Shown: in pieces, positions 6,484 to 13,853 of the stretch
Layout of the letters: every line of letters starts with the position of its first letter
Position numbering within the stretch: position 1 is the first letter of the stretch
Assembly: GCA_039024555.1 (NCBI GenBank)
Contig: JBCCQQ010000100.1
Coordinates: 1 to 13,853 of the forward strand
DNA: 13,853 bases
Reading direction: 5' to 3'
From: Cyanobacteria bacterium P01_D01_bin.156
GTDB lineage: Bacteria; Cyanobacteriota; Cyanobacteriia; Phormidesmidales; Phormidesmidaceae
Notes under the pieces: generated by a model
Databases searched by the model: none
The model's input: the letters and a program-made list of their open reading frames with translations, nothing else
Told to the model about the DNA's origin: nothing
Program-made: the position numbers and the translations under genes

Positions 6484-7487
6484 CCTGCCTGTTCAGACAT
6501 ATAATCTATCGCTAAAGCTTCCACAGCAAGACCAGACGCTGCGATCGCACGCTGACATCGAAGTAAATCTCCGTCACCTGCATATATCTGCCGTCCCAGC
6601 CGATGAGCCAAATACAACATCTCAGGATGGGGCAACCAAGGCAAAATCACCTGATCTTGGGGGCTCGATAGCAGGCACAATAGCTGCTCTAGTTTTTCTA
6701 AGGAAAACTCATCCTGGGGCAACACCACCACATTATCCACCTGCTCCACCAGCCAGTCATGATCCCAATCATCTCCAGTAAATGAGATCGCAAGCTTAGC
6801 CGTCGGTGCGCCATCAATAAATGAGCATCCTGCCGTATCACCACAGAAAACAAGATGGTTTCCCCCCAGTCGATACCATCCTGGGGCAATGGTTAATGTC
6901 ATATTCTGCGAAGCCACAGCTGATGACTGTAGTGTGGTCTGTCTCGCCTTGCCAGGAATTATCCGAATAATTTCTGACTCAGTTATGGGCACCTCATCTA
7001 CTGTGGGAATCTCATCCGCAGTCTGCGCTTCCACAGCAGCAGACTTGAGCTGCTTAACTTTCTTAATAGCCGTCCTGAGCTCATTCGCCGTAATTTTTTT
7101 ACCCTGTTCTGCGGATTCTAAAACTTCATTCCGGAGGTCTTCTGGCACCGATGGTGATGCTAATTGGTACAGCAAAGACGTGGCGATATCGACTTTTGCA
7201 AGATTTGCAAATCTATCTCCAAAGGTTTCATACACCTTTATGAAGTTATAGGCCGTCCGCTGACTCCAGCCAAATTCTACCTTCAGCCAAGTTAGGAATT
7301 GACCATATTGCAATCGCGATCGCACATCCGATAGCTTTTCACCAATTTCCCAAACATCTTGAGCTGAACGACGTAGCCGTTCACGGATCTCCCCAGTACG
7401 CTGCTGAATAATCGAGCGTTTCGAAGCTTCTAGACTGTCATAATCAAATAACCCACTGATTGATGAAGCTTTAGAACCACGAACCAT
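6480..7487 (-). CDS. DUF3102 domain protein with a C-terminal degenerate DNA methyltransferase-like domain
   Basis: N-terminus FDY..L...QRT.EI...EIG.KL..V...L.YGQF..WL..EFGWSQRTAYNFIKVYETF is DUF3102-like. C-terminus GWYRLGGNHLVFCGDT ... SSPQDQVILPW ... LGRQIYAGDGDLLRC follows a beta-class MTase layout. Its stop overlaps the thioesterase stop. Confidence 0.8.
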   Translation of the reverse strand: MVRGSKASSISGLFDYDSLEASKRSIIQQRTGEIRERLRRSAQDVWEIGEKLSDVRSRLQYGQFLTWLKVEFGWSQRTAYNFIKVYETFGDRFANLAKVDIATSLLYQLASPSVPEDLRNEVLESAEQGKKITANELRTAIKKVKQLKSAAVEAQTADEIPTVDEVPITESEIIRIIPGKARQTTLQSSAVASQNMTLTIAPGWYRLGGNHLVFCGDTAGCSFIDGAPTAKLAISFTGDDWDHDWLVEQVDNVVVLPQDEFSLEKLEQLLCLLSSPQDQVILPWLPHPEMLYLAHRLGRQIYAGDGDLLRCQRAIAASGLAVEALAIDYMSEQAG

Positions 7488-7606
7488 AACTAAACCTATA
7501 GAACGTTAGTAATAAAAAGTTAATCACGCACACACAACAGAAACCTATTCGCCCATCAACTCTAGCTTAAATATTTATCTCAAGTCCACCTTTATGTAAT
7601 CCACTT

Positions 7607-7728
7607 AGCTTGACTTTACAGGACCAACATGAAAATTAATTTTCCTATAGTGGGTTGATAGGCAGACATAGTCAAGCTTGATAGGATTGATTCTGATCAA
7701 TTCCTACGATGGGCGATGGCCCATCGTA
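7607..7728. promoter_or_regulatory. Cluster of dyads in the divergent promoter between DUF3102 and the ABC pair
   Basis: AGCTTGACT (7607-7615) / AGTCAAGCT (7670-7678); perfect 14-bp palindrome GAAAATTAATTTTC (7631-7644); perfect 10-bp stem TACGATGGGC-GATG-GCCCATCGTA (7705-7728). Confidence 0.45.
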
Positions 7729-7765
7729 ACCATTTCCAAGGGTTCCAAAATTTGAGGTCTTATGA

Positions 7766-9448
7766 ATGCCGCAACTGTTTGAGCGCGTCCGTCAATCGCT
7801 CTGGCAAATAATTCAGTTTTACTGGAAGAATGCTTCTCCTAAGGAAAAAAGAACTACTAGCATTGGTATTCTTCTACTCACGGGAGTATCCATAATTAGT
7901 AGCAGCTTTTTGGTTGTTGAGAGCCTCCAACGGGGTGAATTTATTTCAGCCTTAGCCGCCCGCAGCCCACAGCGATTTCAAATTGCCCTAACTCTCTTTA
8001 TAGGTATCTTATTAGCATGCTCCCTACTGCTATCCATGGGTACCTACATTCGCGATCGCTTAGGGCTACATTGGCGGCGCTGGCTGACCCACTATGTGCT
8101 GTCATCGTATTTAAGCCAGCAACGATTCTATCGATTATCCACCGATATCGATAACCCTGACCAGCGCATGGCAGAAGATATCAAACAGGCCACCCAAACC
8201 TCTCTATTTATCTTAACCACACTTCTAGAGTCGGTGATTCAGCTGATTGGCTTTGTTGGGGTGCTGTGGTCAGTCTCCATGGGACTGACGGGCTTTTTGG
8301 TATTCTATGCTCTGGTGGGCAGTGCGATCGCAACATTCTTTTTTGGTGCTCGTCTTACCCGCATCAATAGAGAACAGCTTAAACGAGAAGCCAACTTTCG
8401 CTTTGGTCTCATTGACATTAGGGAGCACGGTGAATCCATCGCCTTTTACCAAGGACAGACCTATGCAAACAAGGACAGTCGCCAACGCTTTCGTCAAGTA
8501 GTCAATAACTTTAATCGCTTTATTCGCTGGCAGCTCGGCTTAGATTGTTTTCAAAACAGCTATCAATATCTTACATTTATTATCCCTAGCCTGATTTTGG
8601 CCCCACAGATCCTTTCAGGAGCCTTAGAAATTGGCTCTGTCGCACAATCCCAAGCCGCATTTGATCGCATTTGGCTATCCCTCAGTTTGGTCGTGGTCCA
8701 GTTTGAGAAACTCACTGCTCTAGCCGCCAGCATTGATCGCCTCAGTCATTTGCTTCAGGGATTGCAGGACACTGACACCTTGGAGCCCTCCATTAAGGTT
8801 CTCCCAAGTGCCCACGTAGCCACCCAAAATCTCACCTTAGAACTTCCAGCAGCACAGCGCAGCTTAGTCAAACAGCTCTCTTTTAGTGTCGAAGCAGGAC
8901 AGAATCTGCTTATTACAGGCCCCAGCGGCGTCGGCAAAAGTTCTCTTATCAAAGCCATCGCCGGTCTTTGGAGTAGCGGTCAAGGGACGCTCCAATGTCC
9001 CCCAGAAGATGTTTTATTTTTACCCCAACGGCCCTATCTGATCTCAGGTAACCTCCGGCAACAGTTGCTCTATCCGCAGCTAGGTACTCCCCCGCCGGAC
9101 CAACGACTCCTTAAGCTCCTCAAAACCGTACAGCTGGATGACCTCAAGGATCTAGACCAACAAGCAGACTGGTCTCAGCATCTATCGACAGGGGAACAAC
9201 AGCGATTAGCTTTTGCTCGACTCTTACTCGTCCAGCCCACCTACGCCCTCATCGACGAAGCCACCAGCGCCCTGCCCACATCCCAAGAACAATATCTGTA
9301 CCAACAGCTGGCAAAAAACAATACCACCTACATTAGCATCGGTCATCGCCCCAGCCTCTTGACCTACCATCAGCAAGTTTTAACCCTAAAAACAGACCAA
9401 AGCTGGGATCTACAATCGGCTAAAACCTATCAAGGGTTTGCCTTTTAA
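7766..9448 (+). CDS. ABCD/YddA/McyH-type fused permease-ATPase ABC half-transporter (paralog 1)
   Basis: DNPDQR loop, EAA-like EANFRFGL..IREHGESIAFYQG, Walker A GPSGVGKS, signature LSTGEQQRLAFARLL, Walker B YALIDE, H-loop SIGHR. Confidence 0.95.
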   Translation: MPQLFERVRQSLWQIIQFYWKNASPKEKRTTSIGILLLTGVSIISSSFLVVESLQRGEFISALAARSPQRFQIALTLFIGILLACSLLLSMGTYIRDRLGLHWRRWLTHYVLSSYLSQQRFYRLSTDIDNPDQRMAEDIKQATQTSLFILTTLLESVIQLIGFVGVLWSVSMGLTGFLVFYALVGSAIATFFFGARLTRINREQLKREANFRFGLIDIREHGESIAFYQGQTYANKDSRQRFRQVVNNFNRFIRWQLGLDCFQNSYQYLTFIIPSLILAPQILSGALEIGSVAQSQAAFDRIWLSLSLVVVQFEKLTALAASIDRLSHLLQGLQDTDTLEPSIKVLPSAHVATQNLTLELPAAQRSLVKQLSFSVEAGQNLLITGPSGVGKSSLIKAIAGLWSSGQGTLQCPPEDVLFLPQRPYLISGNLRQQLLYPQLGTPPPDQRLLKLLKTVQLDDLKDLDQQADWSQHLSTGEQQRLAFARLLLVQPTYALIDEATSALPTSQEQYLYQQLAKNNTTYISIGHRPSLLTYHQQVLTLKTDQSWDLQSAKTYQGFAF

Positions 9449-9498
9449 CAGTTCACATTTTCTCCTCATTCTCCACATTTACCATATATATCCCCTCT

Positions 9499-11193
9499 AT
9501 GCTTCAACCATCTTCGCTAAAATCAGTCATCCTTCCCTACTGGTTCTCCCGAGAGAAATGGGGAGCATGGAGTCTTTTCCTCCTTCTAATGGGTCTGCTT
9601 TTAATCCAAACTGGCCTTAAAGTTGTCTTTCTAATCTATGGCGGTGAAGTTACCTCCGCCCTAGCAGCTCAAGATACCGAACGATTCAGGCAAGCAATCG
9701 GTATTTTTTTACTGATTTTATTGATCGGTATTCCCTTTGCTTCCCTCAGTGGCTATGTTCGAGCTAAATTAGGCCTGTTCTGGCGTACCTGGCTCACCCA
9801 TTACTATCTAGCTCAATACCTAAGTAATAATAACTTTTATCTACTAAGACTTTATCAAACCCTGGACAACCCAGGGCAGCGCATCGAGGAAGATATTCGC
9901 ACCCTCACCCAAGAATCCCTTAAGTTCCTAGTTATCTTTCTAGAGTCAGGATTTCAGCTTCTGGGGTTTGCTGGCGTTCTCTGGTCTATTTCTCAGCCGC
10001 TCGTAGCTGTTTTATTAGTTTATGCTGTGGTAGGAACTGCGATCGCAACCCTCTATTTTGGAAAACCCCTCATCAGTATCAATGCCGAACAGCTCCAACA
10101 AGAAGCCACTTTCCGGTTCGATTTAGCCAGAATTCGTGAAAACACCGAAGCCATTGCCCTATACCGTGGAGAAGCACAGGAACTCTCTCAAACCTGGCAG
10201 CAGTTTACCTTAGTGCTTCAAAATTTCTCTCGCTTAATCCAATGGCAGCTAGGTCTTAACCTTTTTCAGAACCACTATCGCTACGCCACATTTATCATTC
10301 CTGGTATTATCCTAGCCCCTAAACTCTTTGTCGGAGACCTCGAAATTGGCGATGTCACACAGGCAGGAGCCGCATTTAACCTCATGCTAGGTGCTCTCGC
10401 CTTGATTGTTCTTCAGCTACAACAGCTTACCAATTTGGGCGCAGGCATCCAGCGTCTGAACCAATTCACCACTTCTCTTTTACAGCCTAGCAGCATTATT
10501 TTAGATCCTCTCAACCCCCAGAAATTTTCAACCGTTGAGCGACACACGGGAGCTAATCTCTCAATCAATAATCTGACACTCACCACCCCTATCGCAGACA
10601 AGATTCTCATTCAAGATCTATCCCTTACCCTCCCACCTCAACAAAGTTTACTCATTGTCGGCCCCAGCGGCATTGGCAAAAGTTCACTACTCCGGGCCAT
10701 CGCCGGACTCTGGCAAATAGGTAATGGCACCATCACCTGTCCAGCCTCGATTGCCTTCCTTCCACAGCAACCCTATTTACCACCTGGCACTCTACGGCAA
10801 CAGCTTTTATACCCCGATTCAGACTCTACCATTAATAATTCAAATCTCACTCAGATTTTAACTGCCGTCAATTTAGAACACCTATTAGCCACAGCAGATC
10901 AAACCAATACTCAAGAAAATCTCTTATCCAACACTCTTCCCAATCTATCATTAGGCGAACAACAACGATTAGCCTTTGCTCGCCTACTATTAAAAGCTCC
11001 TACATACCTTATTCTAGACGAAGCCACTAGCGCCCTAGATCTAGCCAATGAAGCTTTACTATATGAGCATGTAAAAGAGCTTGATATCGCTATCATCAGC
11101 GTTGGACATCGTCCCTCTCTAAAACAATATCACGACTATCAACTTGAACTTTCCCAACAGGGGCGATGGAAATACTCATCGATTCAGCTGTAG
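9499..11193 (+). CDS. ABCD/YddA/McyH-type fused permease-ATPase ABC half-transporter (paralog 2)
   Basis: PYWFS.EKW.AW N-terminus, DNPGQR, EATFRFDLARIRENTEAIALYRG, GPSGIGKS, LSLGEQQRLAFARLL, YLILDEATSALD, SVGHR. Confidence 0.95.
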   Translation: MLQPSSLKSVILPYWFSREKWGAWSLFLLLMGLLLIQTGLKVVFLIYGGEVTSALAAQDTERFRQAIGIFLLILLIGIPFASLSGYVRAKLGLFWRTWLTHYYLAQYLSNNNFYLLRLYQTLDNPGQRIEEDIRTLTQESLKFLVIFLESGFQLLGFAGVLWSISQPLVAVLLVYAVVGTAIATLYFGKPLISINAEQLQQEATFRFDLARIRENTEAIALYRGEAQELSQTWQQFTLVLQNFSRLIQWQLGLNLFQNHYRYATFIIPGIILAPKLFVGDLEIGDVTQAGAAFNLMLGALALIVLQLQQLTNLGAGIQRLNQFTTSLLQPSSIILDPLNPQKFSTVERHTGANLSINNLTLTTPIADKILIQDLSLTLPPQQSLLIVGPSGIGKSSLLRAIAGLWQIGNGTITCPASIAFLPQQPYLPPGTLRQQLLYPDSDSTINNSNLTQILTAVNLEHLLATADQTNTQENLLSNTLPNLSLGEQQRLAFARLLLKAPTYLILDEATSALDLANEALLYEHVKELDIAIISVGHRPSLKQYHDYQLELSQQGRWKYSSIQL

Positions 11194-11204
11194 GCTCAGG
11201 ACTG

Positions 11205-11319
11205 ATATCAAGTCAGATTGAATAACCACAATATACGACCAACTAAAATAAGCTGTAAGCCGTGTGAATTCAGAACTGTGCAGAAATTCATATTGTGGGC
11301 TTTCTCGATGACTTGATAT
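11205..11319. mobile_element. 115-bp MITE-like element with bipartite terminal inverted repeats
   Basis: ATATCAAGTCA-N10-CCACAATAT (11205-11234) is mirrored by ATATTGTGG-N10-TGACTTGATAT (11290-11319). TA at both ends could be a TA target duplication. Confidence 0.65.
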
Positions 11320-11384
11320 GAGACCCACATTCAGCTAATCCATACTCCTTATCAAGTGACAATTACATAGGCGATCAAAAATCC

Positions 11385-11445
11385 AGACGTCAATTAGATA
11401 GGGCTCTTCCGAGCTTTTGATACTGGTGGCGAAATATTCCTTAAC
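11385..11445 (+). repeat. Left arm of the 61-bp inverted repeat enclosing IS1182
   Basis: AGACGTCAATTAGATAGGGCTCTTCCGAGCTTTTGATACTGGTGGCGAAATATTCCTTAAC is 59/61 identical to the reverse complement of 13168-13228. Confidence 0.95.
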
Positions 11446-13194
11446 TAAATGGTCGGTTCCATGAGCTTGGTGAATTGAGAGGTCCGAGTAGCTTCATGAG
11501 GGAGTCCCTGGAGCCAACGATGAATACGCTTGCAGTTGATGGCTGTTGCTGTCATCAGATGTTGAAAATGGGTTTTGGCCAAGCCAATATAACGAGCCCG
11601 TCGTAGTCCATGCGCCCGAACACCTTCAGAAAGAGTACCCTCAATCCCAGAGCGTAGGGCATAGTCAGCCTGATAGTCGGCAGTTGGCTCTCGCTGTCTA
11701 GCGTTTTGTAAGGCTTTGTACTGCGCCTCTGGTCATAGTGTAATTGAACGACGCTGGCGTTCGCTACGAGTACATAACTTGAGGCTCGGACAAACAGAAC
11801 AATCGGCTGTGGAAAATTTGATTTTGATGACCTCATTGTCTCGACCATCGATAGCAGGTGTCCAGGAAACACTAGACTTTCCCTCTGGACAAATAGCCTT
11901 CTGATGTTGCCAATCTACCGCAAAATCATCCGCTGCATAGCCATTATCGGCCTTTGCCTGCCAGTGAAGATTGATCCGAGTTGGTCCTAATAAATCGACG
12001 TGATAGTTCTGTTCAGTGTTCACTAACAGTTCAGCGTCGAGATACCCAGTATCAACAATATGCTTGTTAGGCAGTAAATTATTGTTGTTTAGCGACTGGT
12101 GAATCGCTTCAGTCATATCTCCATCAGCTACAGGAGCTGGAGAGGTTTCTACATTCGTAATCAGATGCAAGTCTCCAGGTTCACACGTCTCACTAAGATG
12201 GACTTTATAGCCGACCCAGGACGTTGTATTTTTCTTAGCATAGTGTGCTATCCGGCTCATAAGGAGAGCTGATCATGATAGAGGCTGGAGGGGCCTCTGC
12301 TTGGGTGCGCCAGCGAATCTTGGTATTCTCACAATAATATTGTTGTATCCATACTTGCCGTAATGTTTCTACGGCTGGAATTTTCCGTAGCCAGGCTGGA
12401 CTACTGGCATCAAAAACAGCATTCAGCAACGTTATTCCATCTCGACCATACACTTCAGCTTGAATAATTCGTTGTTGCTTTGACTTGGGTAAGTGATAAT
12501 CTTCGATGCGCTCATTGTAGCGATCTATCCACTCAGCTTTACTATGAGCAACCGTCCAATTGGGAGCCGCAACCGCGAGTGCATTTAACGCGGCCCGCAA
12601 GGTCTCACCGGCACATTCTAGTCGAGTCACAGCAGAATGGCCGCTAACACATGAGTCGCATCTGTACGTTGGCGACAACGAGCTTTTAACCAGCCCTTAT
12701 CCTGGCAAAACTGTAGAAGTCTCTCAAAGATGAGACGTTCTGCATTTGCATCAACTAATCGGCGGCGGAACTCGCTGAGTACCGTATGATTAAACCCTGT
12801 ATCCGTTAGCTCCAGACATAATAAATATTTCCAGTCGATGCGACTACGGACGGCATCCGCTGTTTGACGGTCGCTTAAGCCTTCCACAAACTGTAGGATA
12901 GTCACCAAGGTTAGTCGCCAAGGCGATTCTGCCGGTTGACCCTTTGCCTCGAAAAGGTGGCTAAACGTCTCGTCATCGATAAACTTGCTCAGCCTCACGG
13001 ACATCGTCATACAGAGATTTCCGTGAGGAAAAACAGCATGAGCAACTTTGGCGGTCTCTAGAGGAACGGTATATTGGGCTTGTGGTTGTAACGACACGTG
13101 ACGCTCCCTGGTAGATTCAATAGCTGACCCTGTATGAGGATTATCTGACTGTGTAAGGCTTCCATGTGTTAAGGAATATTTCGCCACCAGTATC
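11419..13194 (-). mobile_element. IS1182-family insertion sequence (inactive), about 1776 bp
   Basis: Transposase remnants enclosed by a perfect 27-bp IR starting GATACTGGTGGCGAAATATTCC at 11419 and 13194. The exact end placement is inferred from resemblance to related IS1182 ends. Confidence 0.85.
11445..13097 (-). pseudogene. IS1182-family transposase pseudogene (two frameshifts and one nonsense codon)
   Basis: GTG start 13097; LQFVEGLSDRQ.ADAVR.RIDWKY.L.LEL.D.GF.HTVLSEFR.RL, QRTDATHV, WVGYKVHLSETC, VDTGY and RSGIEGTLS motifs. 1-bp deletion near 12635, 1-bp insertion near 12249, in-frame TGA at 11735-11733; the frame continues to TAG at 11447-11445. Confidence 0.92.
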
Positions 13195-13228
13195 AAAAGC
13201 TCGGAAGAGCCCAATCTAATTGTCGTCT
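13168..13228 (-). repeat. Right arm of the 61-bp inverted repeat enclosing IS1182
   Basis: Reverse complement of 11385-11445 with two mismatches, both in the outer 16 bp. Confidence 0.95.
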
Positions 13229-13853
13229 AATAGTCAGGATAGGTTCTTGCCCCGATTGCTCGTAACCGTGCTTTGACCTTAGACCAACAGTTTTCAATCG
13301 GCGAAAAGTCTGGAGAGTACGGCGGTAGATAAATTAACCGGGCTCCAGCCGCTTTAATCATGGCTGCCACATCCTTTCCAAGATGAATCTTGCAGTTGTC
13401 TAAGATGACACACGCGCCTTTCCACAGATTAGGGACCAGCTTTTGGGAAATAAATGCCTCGAAGGTAAGCCCGTCAACCGCTCCCAAAATAGGAAGTTGA
13501 GTAATCACACGATTCAGACTAATGGCTCCGATTAACGATACATTTTTGCCTCGTTTATTCGGACGGTTGCCCTGGGCTCGTTGACCTTTCGGCGCTCTGG
13601 CGAACAAGCGTGTCATCGCCAGGTTGACCCCGGCTTCATCGATAAAAATCAGGTCTTTCGCTAGAATCCCTTGCACGAGTTGCCAGTATTCAAAGCGTTT
13701 GCGCTGGACACGGTCGGTTTCCTTTTCACTCGGATGTAGTGTTTTTTTTGAGGGTCAGATTCAACCGTTTGACCATGCGGTCTACGGTAGAGCGCCCAAT
13801 GAGAACGCCAGTAGCGTTATGGAGTTTCTCACGCAACTCGGCCAGGGTCGCAT
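13227..13853 (-). mobile_element. IS630-family transposase, split by a -1 frameshift site, 3'-truncated, 5' end outside the window
   Basis: HTH part ATLAELREKL...GRSTVDRMVKRLNLTLKK joins via an A8 run (13749-13742) to KTLHPSEK...IFIDEAG...ILDNCKIH...YLPPYSPDFSPIENCWSKVK (DDE triad). It ends abruptly at ARTYPDY*. Confidence 0.92.

Larger units (their letters stand above)
3916..10046. repeat. HIP1 octamers GCGATCGC (six dispersed copies)
   Basis: Copies start at 3916, 6541, 7316, 8052, 8324 and 10039. None was seen in 1-3900 or in the IS region. Confidence 0.85.

Noticed and set aside
7631..7644. GAAAATTAATTTTC as a third Fur box
   Set aside because: Half-site spacing does not fit the 7-1-7 / 9-1-9 Fur geometry; kept only as a generic palindrome.
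6698..11096. Short ORFs nested in or antisense to the DUF3102 and ABC genes
   Set aside because: Alternative-frame artefacts with no motifs.
11555..13214. Separate ORFs 11555-11872, 11716-11904, 11733-12260, 12235-12678 and 12627-13214 as independent genes
   Set aside because: They are fragments or shadows of one broken IS1182 transposase. The breaks are not at slippery sites, so they are not programmed frameshifts.
1..13853. CRISPR array, tRNA/rRNA, cobalamin riboswitch, active restriction-modification system
   Set aside because: No regularly spaced repeats or recognisable RNA gene or B12-box were seen. The MTase-like domain lacks catalytic motifs and has no nuclease partner.

Overview
Cyanobacterial DNA: six HIP1 GCGATCGC octamers and cyanobacteria-type gene families. 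The left end holds the 5' part of a family-1 uracil-DNA glycosylase gene, then a cassette-like stretch (VOC/glyoxalase gene with att-like flanks and a nonsense-disrupted small membrane-protein gene). The core (1.15-11.2 kb) looks like an accessory module for an acylated or peptidic metabolite, possibly a siderophore. A leftward operon encodes a parvulin-like PPIase, an MFS transporter, a fatty-acid hydroxylase/desaturase and a signal-less Fe-siderophore/B12-type binding protein. A rightward pair encodes a small Cys-rich membrane protein and a type II thioesterase. Each arm is preceded by a Fur-like box, and a 93-bp MITE with an 8-bp target duplication sits between them. Next come a DUF3102 protein fused to a degenerate DNA-methyltransferase-like domain and two tandem ABCD/YddA/McyH-type half-transporters. 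No NRPS/PKS core gene is in the window. The right end is mobile DNA: a 115-bp MITE-like element, a dead IS1182 enclosed in 61-bp inverted repeats that extend about 34 bp beyond the apparent IS ends, and a 3'-truncated IS630. All family assignments come from motif recognition, not database searches.
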